The notes under the pieces: model-generated
What the model was told of the DNA's origin: nothing
The model's database searches: none
The model's input: the letters and a program-made list of their open reading frames with translations, nothing else
Shown here: piece by piece, positions 46,354 through 60,557 of the stretch
How the letters are laid out: every line of letters starts with the position of its first letter
Position numbering within the stretch: position 1 is the stretch's first letter
Source of the DNA: Eledone cirrhosa
Taxonomy: Eukaryota
Assembly (NCBI GenBank): GCA_964016885.1
Contig: OZ024741.1
Location: 39,742,001 to 39,806,000 of the forward strand
Direction of reading: 5' to 3'
DNA: 64,000 nt
Program-made: the position numbers and the translations under genes

Positions 46354-49304
46354 GTTGGAAAAGACTATAAGTTAGAAAAGACTATCAGTTAGAAAAGACT
46401 ATAAGATAGAAAAGACTATCAGTTAGAAAAGACTATAAGTTAGAAAAGACTATAAGATAGAAAAGACTATCAGTTAGAAAAGACTATCAGTTAGAAAAGA
46501 CTATCAGTTAGAAAAGACTATCAGTTAGAAAAGACTATAAGTTAGAAAAGACTATCAGTTAGAAAAGACTATAAGTTAGAAAAGACTATCAGTTAGAAAA
46601 GACTATAAGATAGAAAAGACTATCAGTTAGAAAAGACTATAAGTTAGAAAAGACTATCAGTTAGAAAAGACTATAAGTTAGAAAAGACTATCAGTTAGAA
46701 AAGACTATCAGTTAGAAAAGACTATAAGTTAGAAAAGACTATAAGTTAGAAAAGACTATCAGTTAGAAAAGACTATAAGTTAGAAAAGACTATCAGTTAG
46801 AAAAGACTATAAGTTAGAAAAGACTATCAGTTAGAAAAGACTATAAGTTAGAAAAGACTATCAGTTAGAAAAGACTATAAGTTAGAAAAGACTATCAGTT
46901 AGAAAAGACTATAAGTTAGAAAAGACTATAAGTTAGAAAAGACTATCAGTTAGAAAAGACTATCAGTTAGAAAAGACTATCAGTTAGAAAAGACTATCAG
47001 TTAGAAAAGACTATAAGATAGAAAAGACTATCAGTTAGAAAAGACTATAAGTTAGAAAAGACTATCAGTTAGAAAAGACTATCAGTTAGAAAAGACTATC
47101 AGTTAGAAAAGACTATAAGTTAGAAAAGACTATCAGTTAGAAAAGACTATAAGTTAGAAAAGACTATAAGTTAGAAAAGACTATAAGTTAGAAAAGACTA
47201 TCAGTTAGAAAAGACTATCAGTTAGAAAAGACTATCAGTTAGAAAAGACTATAAGTTAGAAAAGACTATCAGTTAGAAAAGACTATAAGTTAGAAAAGAC
47301 TATAAGTTAGAAAAGACTATCAGTTAGAAAAGACTATAAGATAGAAAAGACTATCAGTTAGAAAAGACTATAAGTTAGAAAAGACTATCAGTTAGAAAAG
47401 ACTATAAGTTAGAAAAGACTATCAGTTAGAAAAGACTATAAGTTAGAAAAGACTATAAGTTAGAAAAGACTATCAGTTAGAAAAGACTATAAGTTAGAAA
47501 AGACTATCAGTTAGAAAAGACTATAAGTTAGAAAAGACTATCAGTTAGAAAAGACTATAAGATAGAAAAGACTATAAGTTAGAAAAGACTATCAGTTAGA
47601 AAAGACTATAAGTTAGAAAAGACTATCAGTTAGAAAAGACTATAAGATAGAAAAGACTATCAGTTAGAAAAGACTATCAGTTAGAAAAGACTATCAGTTA
47701 GAAAAGACTATCAGTTAGAAAAGACTATCAGTTAGAAAAGACTATCAGTTAGAAAAGACTATCAGTTAGAAAAGACTATAAGTTAGAAAAGACTATAAGT
47801 TAGAAAAGACTATCAGTTAGAAAAGACTATCAGTTAGAAAAGACTATCAGTTAGAAAAGACTATCAGTTAGAAAAGACTATCAGTTAGAAAAGACTATAA
47901 GTTAGAAAAGACTATCAGTTAGAAAAGACTATAAGTTAGAAAAGACTATAAGTTAGAAAAGACTATCAGTTAGAAAAGACTATAAGATAGAAAAGACTAT
48001 CAGTTAGAAAAGACTATAAGTTAGAAAAGACTATCAGTTAGAAAAGACTATAAGTTAGAAAAGACTATCAGTTAGAAAAGACTATAAGTTAGAAAAGACT
48101 ATAAGTTAGAAAAGACTATCAGTTAGAAAAGACTATAAGTTAGAAAAGACTATCAGTTAGAAAAGACTATAAGTTAGAAAAGACTATCAGTTAGAAAAGA
48201 CTATAAGATAGAAAAGACTATAAGTTAGAAAAGACTATCAGTTAGAAAAGACTATAAGTTGGAAAAGACTATAAGTTAGAAAAGACTATCAGTTAGAAAA
48301 GACTATAAGTTAGAAAAGACTATCAGTTAGAAAAGACTATAAGTTAGAAAAGACTATCAGTTAGAAAAGACTATAAGATAGAAAAGACTATCAGTTAGAA
48401 AAGACTATCAGTTAGAAAAGACTATCAGTTAGAAAAGACTATAAGTTAGAAAAGACTATCAGTTAGAAAAGACTATCAGTTAGAAAAGACTATCAGTTAG
48501 AAAAGACTATAAGTTAGAAAAGACTATCAGTTAGAAAAGACTATCAGTTAGAAAAGACTATCAGTTAGAAAAGACTATAAGTTAGAAAAGACTATCAGTT
48601 AGAAAAGACTATCAGTTAGAAAAGACTATCAGTTAGAAAAGACTATCAGTTAGAAAAGACTATCAGTTAGAAAAGACTATAAGTTAGAAAAGACTATCAG
48701 TTAGAAAAGACTATCAGTTAGAAAAGACTATAAGATAGAAAAGACTATCAGTTAGAAAAGACTATAAGTTAGAAAAGACTATCAGTTAGAAAAGACTATA
48801 AGTTAGAAAAGACTATCAGTTAGAAAAGACTATCAGTTAGAAAAGACTATCAGTTAGAAAAGACTATAAGTTAGAAAAGACTATCAGTTAGAAAAGACTA
48901 TCAGTTAGAAAAGACTATAAGTTAGAAAAGACTATCAGTTAGAAAAGACTATCAGTTAGAAAAGACTATAAGTTAGAAAAGACTATCAGTTAGAAAAGAC
49001 TATAAGTTAGAAAAGACTATCAGTTAGAAAAGACTATCAGTTAGAAAAGACTATCAGTTAGAAAAGACTATCAGTTAGAAAAGACTATAAGTTAGAAAAG
49101 ACTATCAGTTAGAAAAGACTATCAGTTAGAAAAGACTATAAGTTAGAAAAGACTATAAGTTAGAAAAGACTATCAGTTAGAAAAGACTATCAGTTAGAAA
49201 AGACTATCAGTTAGAAAAGACTATAAGTTAGAAAAGACTATCAGTTAGAAAAGACTATCAGTTAGAAAAGACTATAAGTTAGAAAAGACTATAAGTTAGA
49301 AAAG
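46354..49304. repeat. 17-bp tandem satellite, ~173 units
   Basis: Unit GTTAGAAAAGACTAT(A/C)A, with a rare GATAG variant. Confidence 0.97.
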
Positions 49305-49589
49305 GTGGAAAGGGTAATGATTATTAAGCAGCTAAGGAAATGGATATGGGGAGAAGATGATAGACTCTACGCCTAAGTCAGAGTAGTGTTTCGAGTGCGG
49401 CCCGCGGGCAAAATGGTAAAGGCATTGCCGCGGACAATAGCCAGTGACACCCGTTGCAACAGCCATCCCTTTTCCCGGGGTTCCTTCCTCAAATGACCTG
49501 CTGTCATTACGATTTTCGGGGGAATGTCAGCTGTACGGTGTCCTTGGACGCCTAAACAAAAACTATTTGGTAGATGCGGTTACCTCATT

Positions 49590-50030
49590 CCATTTAACTG
49601 GAATGGATGATTAGTCTTCCAGTTGTTCAATCAACGAAATAGTCTACTCGTGAAATTAATGTTCAAGTGTATCCGTAACGTTGTTCTCAGGGAGAGTCTG
49701 CGTGGCGTACAGTCCAATTTGTGTGAAGGCGCGTGGTTTTGTTGATAGAAAATTCGGTTCACAATCGGATATCCGGAGGTGCGCTGTATCCATGAGCAAG
49801 ACACTTTATTTCACGTTGCTTCAGTTCACTCAGCTGGCAAAAATGAGTTGTAGCTGTAATTCGAAGGGCCAGGCATGTCGCATTCTGCGTCACGCTGAAT
49901 CTCCCTGATAACTACATTAAGAGTACTCGTGTTTGTGGAATGCTCAGCCACACACGTTAATTTCACGAGCAGGCTGTTCTGTTGATCGTATTTACTGGAA
50001 AACTCGTCATCGTAACCGACGAAGCGCCAC
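49590..50030. mobile_element. SINE S2 (49726-50030 +) preceded by an inverted tail fragment
   Basis: ctcgtgaaattaa (49647) is the reverse complement of ttaatttcacgag (49957). Confidence 0.65.
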
Positions 50031-50169
50031 TATACAGTCCAATTTGTAAATTAATATAAATGATACATCACACAGTTAATATGTAGTCTTGGTTTAATTC
50101 CCTGTGAGCTTCAACCTTACACAGTCTTTGAACTGGCTGCTCTGTTGAATTTCAGATGCAGCTATTATG

Positions 50170-51040
50170 ATTGCTTCCAACCAGTTTCAGTCTATCAAAT
50201 TCCATTCACAAGGCCTGGTTCAATCCATGTTGAAGGTAAATAACACTCGCTCAAGACGCCACTTCGCAGTAACAGACTCGAACATCTTTTCTCCGAAGCT
50301 ATCCCTGCGTCCATATACAATTCATGACAGCACAGATGTACATTCTTCTTTATACATTTCTTCTAAACAAATTCCAGTTCTTTTACTTGCTTCAAACAGT
50401 AGACTGCGATCATGCTCGAGCACTAGCTTGAAGGGGTATACTCGAGCCTATCAAAGGAACTACTTATTTTATCGATCGCTTTTTATTGAACTGCTAGATT
50501 ATGGGACATAAATAAATAGTAAACTTAAAACGAAAATATTCTTCTACGCAGATTCCATCTATCAATTTCACTTACAAAGCATTGATCAGCTCGGGGTTTT
50601 AGTAGAAAACATTTGAGAAAGGTACTACTCAATGGAACTGAAGACGAAACCACATGATTGAGGAACGAATCCTTTGAACGCACAGCCATGCTTGCGCCTG
50701 TATTATATAGTATGGTATGGTCCCGTTACTCCTGATAGAGTGGTAGTGGCGTATATTGACATACGGCCTTTATTGGGCTTTTTAAACCTGGTGGAGCCCA
50801 TCCTTTTCCAGGCCTGTGTACAGCAGATTTCTTCTAGAGAAAGAGAGAAAGTGAGAGTGAGGAAATAAGAAAGAGATATAGAAGAAGAATCGACTCCAGT
50901 ACTAGACTGATACTTTTTTTATCGACCTCGAAAAGATGAAATACAAAGTTGACCTCGGCGGGATTTGAACTCAGAGAGTCAGAATGAATACCATAAAGCA
51001 TTCTATCCGACCTTCTAACCACACTACCAATTCACCGCCT
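50170..51040. mobile_element. SINE cluster (two S4 on minus, another small family at 50370-50510, S1 with alternative tail 50718-51040)
   Basis: tttc(a/c).tcta.caa.tt.ca..cacaa motifs are shared with 4170-4290, 53485-53840 and 56245-56410. Confidence 0.55.
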
Positions 51041-51629
51041 TTCCTATATATATAAAGTTATATAAACTATGTCAGTTAAGAACGAAATACATTTTAGAAT
51101 TATTCAAAATGAGCGAACGTTATGTGGTTGATGTTTTTACTTCATACCATTTAACTAACGTGACGAAATATAAACATCTTCTAATCTCTTACAACTCGTA
51201 ATTTGCATAAAATTAATCTGGTTGCAATTACAAGATTTGTTGGCTGTTGGTAGTTCTTGTTTCCCTCTCTTTTATATTCCGGTGGTTCATTTGATTCATT
51301 TCTTATATATATATATATTTTTTTTTATTTTATTTATAACAGAATTCTCTTTTAAACTCCATAAAATATATACAAAATGTTTGTAGCAATTTTCTTTTAT
51401 ATATTTTAACAGCTTTTTCATATTAAAACAACCAATTACATTCATCTTACCCCTCGTTTGTCTGAGCCATTGCTCCACCTTCTACACCACATATATACAA
51501 CAGCTACTCCTCCTACAGACATTTTAAACAAAGAAACATATACACGTGCATATATACACAAACATACACACGTATATTTTCATACACTCATATATACATA
51601 CAAACAGTCTCATACATACACAAACACTC

Positions 51630-51703
<74 letters not shown>

Positions 51704-51704
<1 letters not shown>

Positions 51705-51864
51705 TTTATCCCGGGTTCAATCGGGTGTAACCACAGTAAGTAAGGTACTCAATACATAGCAGAGTATAAATATTTAATATAGAAATGGCTTCTACAGGAC
51801 TAGAAGTGTTTCATTCAGGAGAAATCATTAGGAAGCCCTGATGATTTCTCCCGAATGAAACAGT
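51704..51864. mobile_element. Family B2 fold-back (hammerhead 51787-51837 minus; partial inverted core 51838-51863)
   Basis: GGCTTC-CTAATGA-TTTCTCCTGAAT-GAAA...GTA-GAAGCC. The inverted arm retains CTGATGA. Confidence 0.8.
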
Positions 51865-53610
51865 ATATATATATATATAAGAGTGTGTGTATGTGTATGT
51901 ACACAGATATATGTGCACGCAGACACACATACGCACACGTATATATGTACTAATTATCACACATACATACACACATAGATACGCATTTTTACATATACAA
52001 AAAAGGTTGAAAAGAGTACAGACGTTTCTATACGTCTTCTATAATAAGAGGTAAAACAAAAAACACTTTTCGAGGCTGGATCCTTCATTGTGAGGTCTTT
52101 CATTTTTTTCAGATGTGAGGTAATTTCCGAAACATTAGAAATTACTTCTCCCTACTGAACACAAACCTATTATTCAGTTTATTATTTCAGTAATTGTAGA
52201 GGGAGGAGGATTGGAAGTAGTTCAAATCCCGTCGAGGTTAGCTTTGCTTTTCATCTTCGTGGGCTCGATAAAATGAAGTATCAATAATGCATTGAGGTCG
52301 GTTTAATCGATTTTCCCTTCCCCAAAAATTGTTCGCCTTGTGTCTAAATCAGAAACCATTATTTCAATACTAGTGAAGGCCCATGGCATGTGGTTATGAC
52401 GTTGAGCTCACAATACTAATTCGTTGATCTTATAAAACTAAAGCTACTCGGACAGTGAGGCGCGATATGTCTTTTTCGACAAAAATGAACTGCGACAATT
52501 ACTGTTTCCCATCGACAACGTATATGACATGGAAAGTACTTGTATGCCTGGCCGATTGTTGGTCTTCACAATAGACCATTGCCCAGGCATAAGCCTTGTA
52601 GCGAAACTTTCTAGGTTCAAACCCATGGTCAGTTATGACTGAGGAGAGACTTCAGTGGGGAGAAGTAATTTCTAATGATTCTGGTTGTCTGGGCTTTCGA
52701 AATAGAAATATGTTTTAACAGTATTGCTTTTGGTGATTTTTTTTAAAAACTCCAGGTCAACATTAGTCAGTCAAATTATGTTTAAAGTTGTTCAAACCAC
52801 CAACATTCTTTCTTTGATTTTTGTATTCTTATGTAGTTTATCTAAGAATTTATTATCAAATATCTCTTTTCTGTAAGAGATTTGAGGAAGATTTATCTGC
52901 TATTCTTAGTAGTTGAAAGGATTACGTCAATGCGTAATTAAAATATATAATTTGTCAGTATCACAACGGATCTAATATTTCGAAAATTTCATCACAACGG
53001 TGTTAAGCAATGTCTAAGAAACCCTTTAACAGTTTTAAACAATTCACCATCACCACCAAGCTCAATTTTCAATTAATTTTGTAAAGATGGTCTTAACCCC
53101 CAAATATCACGAACTATATAGTAATATATATTTTACTTTCGTTTACATTGTTAATGGCTTTCCTGAAGCAATTCTAACCACATATCTCAAACTGTTTCAT
53201 ATAAACTATATAGCTTTGTTTAATACTGATTACCTCTTTCGATGTCAACCCACTCGTGTTCGATTTTAGTAAGGTAATAATAAATGTTTTTTGTTTTGTT
53301 GTTTTTTTTTTCACAATATGAGTATAGTTTTAAATGTTCATATTTAATTTTAAATATTTTTATAACTTCATAAAAAACCCTTTTAAATTACATTGCAAAC
53401 ACCAATCTAATAATGAAATATTACATTATTTTTACTAACTATCTAGTCAACTAATTTAACTACATAGCGTATGAATGTCGACGCAGGCATGGCCTAATGC
53501 TTTAAAGCTTCACTTCGCAATCATAAAGTCCCGTGTTTGATCGCTTCAGATGGGATCTTGGGAAAATGTCATTTATCATAGCTTTGACTAGATCCAGACT
53601 TTTTGAGTTA

Positions 53611-53802
53611 CAGACCTGCCAACCTCTGAAAACCCAAACGGGGAGTACCATGACAAAAGGTGCCCCAAAACGAGGAGAAATGTTGTAAAATGGGGAGATT
53701 TTACAAAATGAAATCTATACCCATTTTCACAAGAGAAGACATCTCTCAGCCACCCCAAAGTGAGTGGTAGATCTCGTCGGACGGGGAGAGTTGATAGGTT
53801 TG
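53611..53802. mobile_element. Probable hAT-like MITE inserted in an S4 SINE
   Basis: Imperfect TIRs cagacctgccaac and gttgataggtttg. SINE sequence resumes after it. Confidence 0.5.
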
Positions 53803-53981
53803 GAGTAAGTTAGGTAGACTGAAACTCTTCAGAAGCCATCACATGAATTATACCTGAATATCCCCGAGAACTATTTTAAAAGCGCACCTGCCTGTAGAAA
53901 TCTCACCTACTTGCACGTTTGATTTCAAAAGCAGGGTTTTCAGTTAATTTAACAACTGGAATACTCCTCATTGAAATTGAA

Positions 53982-54032
53982 ATTGATATTGCTCCATTCC
54001 AAGCCATGTGCTTGGAATGGAGCAATATCAAT
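53982..54032. repeat. Perfect 23-bp hairpin with 5-nt loop
   Basis: attgatattgctccattccaagc-catgt-gcttggaatggagcaatatcaat. Confidence 0.9.
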
Positions 54033-54405
54033 GTGTGGTTTGTAAATATGATAGAATAGTTTGTAAATATGATAGAATAGTTTGTAAATATCCGACAAAA
54101 TTCATGAATAATTTTTGATTTTGAATGAAATGTATGTATTGGCTGGGCAGCTGATCTCAGAAATTTATTTCTATAAAGAAATAAGATTTAGATTTAGATA
54201 TATTTGATAATGTAATATTTATATTTACTGGGCAGCTGATTCCAGAGACATATATTCAGATCCATTTTTTAAAATGCTATTCAAGGAAGACAGAATTGTG
54301 AAAAAATAAATTACCAGAAAGGAGAAAGTCTTTAAACACAAACACACACGTACTGAGAGAGAGAGAGAGTGTGTGTGTGTGTGTGGGGGGGGGGGGGGTT
54401 AGAAG

Positions 54406-54438
<33 letters not shown>

Positions 54439-54857
54439 GGGGGAGAATTAATTTACACATTATATGTATCTGATGAGTTACTCTTATTGCTCGGTTAGTT
54501 TGAGTTTTCTGGTCTATTAACCACACCAATCGTGTTTATATATTATTCATTAAGCTTATATTCCCAAAGGGCTCTAGGAAGAAACTAATCCACATATTTT
54601 ATTTAATATTCCTAGATTTTATAGGGTTTTTATTCCTCTTTAATGGAACATTGGAAACATGGTAGACGGAAATTACATCGTCACTTTCATTAAAAACAAA
54701 CATGGGTTTATATACGCCTTTATTTAAAGCCATGCTGTGTTAGTGTTCCGTCAAAATATCACTATATATATAAATAAGCTATACACAGAATTAGTTTATT
54801 TACAAAACCTATATGAGAAGATATTTTTTCTGTGTTTCAGTTCCCCTTAGTAAAAAT

Positions 54858-54905
54858 GCCTCTGCTGAAGATGAATATATATTCTGAAATACATGTATAC
54901 AAGGC
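54858..54905 (+). ncRNA. Type I hammerhead ribozyme (single-copy family)
   Basis: GCCTCTG-CTGAAGA-T-GAAT atat ATTC-T-GAAA-TACATGTA-TA-CAAGGC. Confidence 0.7.
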
Positions 54906-55300
54906 TCCTACATGGATGTTGAGGTATTTCTGATATGATCACAGCTTAAAATACTTCCAGTGAGAATATATGTATGGTTATTCTACATACAAAAAATATT
55001 GTAAGCCTTTATTATAAAACCACAACATGTCTAAGTTCGTCAGAAATAGGGGACGTAATTTTCTCTACTACGTTTTACTGGTTTGAGTACAGCTATTGAA
55101 CAGCAATCATGCTGTTTTAATCCATCCAATTAACCTCCATCAATACATATTTTTATTACATTTGCTTCTTAGTTCATCGCTCCAGGATTACAGAAGTCTT
55201 AGATTTAAAATAAATAAATAAAAATATAAAATGAAATAGAATTGGTATATTTAATTCGTTGTTTCGTTGGAGGAAACTGGCTTTGTATACATACCTATAC

Positions 55301-55384
<84 letters not shown>

Positions 55385-55398
55385 CATACATACATACA

Positions 55399-55489
<91 letters not shown>

Positions 55490-55621
55490 AAAATCTAGTG
55501 TACGAAAAGTCAAGACTCTTTTTCTACTATATCAAGCTTTAAACTAATATATTTCTTCGTTGTACTGCCTCGTTTGCTTTGTTACTTCTACACACACACA
55601 CGCACGCACACACACACACAC

Positions 55622-55671
<50 letters not shown>

Positions 55672-57628
55672 ATGTGTGTGTGGGGGGGGAGCGTGTGGTG
55701 TGTGTGTAGGTGTGTGTGTGTGTGTGTGCGTAGCTCTTTCCATATATATATATACATATATCTTTTAATTCGAATTATTGATGTTGTGGGCAAATATCCA
55801 TTGAGCTTTTCTAATGAGAAACACAATCATCATACATATTATATGTTATGATACCTTAAATTAGTGTGTATATATATAGAGAGAGAGAGAGAGAAAGAAA
55901 GAGAGAGAGAAAGAAAGAGAGAGAGAATACAAACACACGCACTCAAATATATATACATATATGTCTGTGTTGTGTTTATCTATGATCTGTGTATATATGT
56001 TGTAATGAAAACATCATACAGAGTATACAATAATTGGCGGTTTTGTGCATTAAAGCAGAACAGCAAAGTTCAGTGAAGCGAGTAACCAAGGTGATTACAT
56101 CTATTCCAAGATATCAACGCGCCCCACTGCAAACTAATTGATTGTAACACATTGGTCATTTGATATCGTATGGTTTTGTTGTTGTTTTTGTTGTTCTTTT
56201 AGCTGTTGTTGTTGTGGATATTTTTTATTGCTGTTGCTGCGGCCTTTGGCATTGCTTGGTCGAATGGTTACGAAGCTCGCTTTGCAATTATACATTTCTG
56301 GTTTCGATCTCACTGCGTAGCATCTTGTGCCTTATCACTCACCATAGCCGCAGATTGACCTAGTATTAATGAGTGATATTGTGTAGACAGAAACTGTGCA
56401 GAAGCCTGGTGATTGGATGTTATTTGTAATTTCTGAGGTCCAAATATCCAAGCTTGTCACCCGTTTTGTCAATTTAGATGATAAACACAACCACAAGGAT
56501 ATGGTCCGAACGTGGAAGAGCCGAACTCCCACTGTCATCGCTTCCATCTCTCTGTATGGTGAGCAAATGGGGTCCTACGAGCTGGCCTCGACACAGCCCC
56601 GGAGGACAGAATTGAGAAGGTGTTTCCCGGAAGGAATGTAAGGGAGATACGCTGGAAGACCCATTCCATCTCGGTTTGAAAATTACGTTATAGCTGCACA
56701 TGTTTGTGTAATACACCGCAGTTAACATATTGCTTCATGTGTTGGACGTTCCATTGATCCAGCAACTGAGTGCTCGTCGTTGAAATCGACGAAGGATATA
56801 CAATATGTGTTTTTATGAGAATGTCCCTCCCCCCACTCCTTCTTCTCCACAACGTTTTCTTCCTTTTATTGTATAATATTGTTTTATGTGTGTCCTCTTC
56901 TCTTCCTGGTCCCTTCTGAAAATTTAATTTTATTATACACACATATATCATACATATGCACACACACACACGGACACACATGGGCACACACACACATGGG
57001 CACACTATCTACACAGAGGCGTACTCACATGTAACACACACATGCGCTGATGCACCCATATACATATATATATACACGTGCAGACACATCCATACAGATT
57101 TACACATTTACACACCGGTAGACATACATACTGACAGTCATACACATACATACACACACGTACACTCACATGCGACACTCTACCAACCAAGCCAGCCAGA
57201 AAGCAACCAAGAAAAGAAGAGAAAAGAAAAGAGGGTGATGGAAACCGTTTCAGTCCTGGATACAAACATAAACACTTCAAGACTTTCCGTTGCATTTATA
57301 AACCATTTGCAAACATTTCTTTTCGCTGCTGTCTAGCGAGGAGAACTTTGTAGCTAAGTCACAGCTGGACGTAGCTGACGACTACTGCCAACTTTTCAGA
57401 CGTCTTCAGAATATTCTTGGTTACAAACCAAACTATTTGACACTGTTTGATACGGTGAAGTGCTGAAGTGCTGAAGTGCTGATGTGCTGATGTGCTAGTG
57501 AAATGAAAAAAAAAGACAAAATACGCCATTGATTTTTGGGTTCTTGCCGTCAAACAAGCCCCAGCCCGCCACCACTGTCTATACACATACACACCACACA
57601 CTCTATTCCTTTGTCTCTGCCACTCACA

Positions 57629-57712
<84 letters not shown>

Positions 57713-58484
57713 ACCTTTCCGCTGTCTTCTTTCCACTCCTTTCCTTTTTTCTATCAATTTCACTTACAAATACAAACATCACACTTGAGAAACACATATA
57801 AAGTAAATGTATTGAGGCGCAAACACTCTTACAGTTAAGGCACTTACACATATATATCTATATCTATATACACACACTTACATGCATGTGTGCGTGCGTG
57901 TGTGTGCGTCTTATGAGTATGTATATATATCTATATATATTTAAATACATACACAGACATACATACACACATATATATATGTGGAGATAAATCTATGCGA
58001 TACACAGAGAGCACAAGAATCAAATATATGTATAGTAGTTGGATGGGGTTTATCGTTCTTAATGAGGTGTAGAGGTGAAACAAATAGACGAACAGATAGA
58101 TAAATATGACATAAGAGTGAAAGAGAGAGTGTGTGTGTGTGTGCGTAAGAATCTGTATGTGTGTGTGCATAAGACTGTGTGTGTGTAAGTGAAGGTGAGA
58201 GGGAGAGAGAGAAATTATGAGTAGCAAGGAAGCCATAAAATGGTTATTAGATCAGTTTATTTGATGTTGTAGTAGTAATGTTTCCTTTTTGTAGTACCAT
58301 TTGACAGTTGTGGTGGTCACGTGGTGTATATCATGTGGATTCTCATAGAAACTCCTCAGACGTGGCAATGGCAATCTCTTTGTACAGACGATAGACAGCA
58401 CAAACACAAACAACACATCTTTAAACACAGACAACACACATACATATGTGTGTGTCTATTTTTGTGTACGTATAGATGCATTTG

Positions 58485-58558
<74 letters not shown>

Positions 58559-59039
58559 AAGAAAGAGATAAACACATATATGTAGATACATACATACATA
58601 CATATATACACACACACTCACATACATACATAAATACATGCACATATACATACACACTCATATACATATATACATACACACTCACATAGATACATACATA
58701 CATAAATACATGCATATATACATACACACTCACATACATACATAAATACATGCATATATACATACACACTCACATAGATACATAAATACATACACATATA
58801 CATACATACTCACATACATAATTACATAGATATATACTATACATACACACTCACATACATACATTCATACATACATACATACATACATACATACATACAT
58901 ACATACATACATACATACATACATACATACATACATACATACATACATACATACATACATACACGCACACAGACAGACAGAATCTTTAATGTCAGGATTG
59001 GTGAAATGAATAAAACAAAAGCAAAACCAAAAGTAGAGT

Positions 59040-59160
59040 TGTTTATCAGACTATGATTGGTTGTTTACAGTAACGTAGCCAATGCGTAAACATTTCCCGC
59101 CCGTTGCTACGGCCCATTTTTTAATAATGGCGGCTACCAATTTCTCCTAGCAGCGCTGTT
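59040..59160. promoter_or_regulatory. Promoter/enhancer-like motif cluster
   Basis: ATTGG 59056, TGTTTAC 59062, CCAAT 59079, GTAAACA 59086, TTTCCCGC 59093, GTTGCTACGG 59103, ATGGCGGC 59127 and CCAAT 59137, in a CpG-containing unique stretch. Confidence 0.5.
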
Positions 59161-59329
59161 ATTGAAATGTTGTGTGTCAACCTGAGCGCCGTCCCTCGCT
59201 GACCACAGACACACGTTTAGGGTGTGAATGAATTACTCCTTGCTTAGAGATAGTAGAAAGTGTAAAGTAGGGAAAGGGAGAGAGTGGGGGACATATAGCG
59301 ACAGTGATAGGAACAAGGAGGGAGAGCCG

Positions 59330-59416
59330 GTAGTAGTAGTAGTAGTAGCAGTAGTAGTAGTAGCGGTGGTGGTAGCGGTGGTGGTGGTAGTGGTGGTGGT
59401 GATAGTGGTAGTAGTA

Positions 59417-59452
<36 letters not shown>

Positions 59453-59483
59453 ATAGTAGTAGTAGTAGTAGTAGTAGTGGTCT

Positions 59484-59522
<39 letters not shown>

Positions 59523-59569
59523 CGGTGGTGGTGGTAGTAGTAGTAGTAGCAGCGGTGGTAGTTGTCGTG

Positions 59570-59605
<36 letters not shown>

Positions 59606-59652
59606 TTATTAGTAGTAGTAGCAACAGCAATGGCAGTAGTATTTGTTGTTTT

Positions 59653-59690
<38 letters not shown>

Positions 59691-59726
59691 CAACAACAAC
59701 AACAACACCAACAACAACGACAACAA

Positions 59727-59757
<31 letters not shown>

Positions 59758-59765
59758 AGCAACAA

Positions 59766-59843
<78 letters not shown>

Positions 59844-59898
59844 TAGTGACAGTCATAGTAGTAGTGGCATAACCAATAATAACAATATTATTAATGAT

Positions 59899-59945
<47 letters not shown>

Positions 59946-59973
59946 TGATGATGATGATGATGACGATGACGGC

Positions 59974-60011
<38 letters not shown>

Positions 60012-60052
60012 TGATGATGACAGCGACGATGACGGTGGCGACGATGATGATG
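59330..60052. repeat. Compound trinucleotide tract (GTA/GTG/GCA/ACA/GAT/GAC)
   Basis: Seen directly. Confidence 0.95.
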
Positions 60053-60468
60053 TAAATAGTGATGGCGAGTTGAACAGGAGGAGGCGGAGGAATGGGTAAG
60101 GCAGATGTAAAGGTGCACAAGGTGAAGGAGAAAAAGAAGGAAAGAAAGTCTGAGAAAGAGAGGGTGATTAAGGAGGAGGAAGGGGAGTGAAATGTCCACA
60201 GTTGCCATCGATGGGAGTCGGAACTGGAGCCAGGCAAAAACAAACAGTTAAGCGTGAATAAATTGGTTATAATTAGTTTTAAACGATCGATACGAGCAAG
60301 TGTCAAGGATGGGCGGGGGTGAAGTAAGATTAGGGGGTTGTTTAGTAACCTGAGCTGATTCAATATGTGTACACGGTAGTACACCCACACACACATACGC
60401 CCACATACACACACGTGCACACACACATACTTACACACACACACACACACACATATAAATATTAATAT

Positions 60469-60551
60469 CCTATTACCCACTCTACTACCCTAAGTATTGA
60501 GTACTCTGTTGCGTTATGGTCCATCTGGTTCCTGACCTCACTTCCTTCGTT
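60469..60551 (+). mobile_element. Family A 3' tail
   Basis: cctattacccactctactaccctaagtattgagtactc...cttccttcgtt. Confidence 0.8.
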
Positions 60552-60557
60552 GTATAT

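Noticed and set aside
46354-49304. CRISPR array
   Set aside because: Contiguous 17-bp units without unique spacers, no cas genes, eukaryotic context.
50638-50655. CTGAAGA-C-GAAA
   Set aside because: It lies in a SINE reverse strand with no flanking helices.
54470-54500. CTGATGAG core
   Set aside because: No downstream GAAA or stem III.
56335-56728. Short ORFs in unique GC-balanced sequence as a CDS
   Set aside because: No recognisable domain or clear donor/acceptor pair. May be UTR or old TE.
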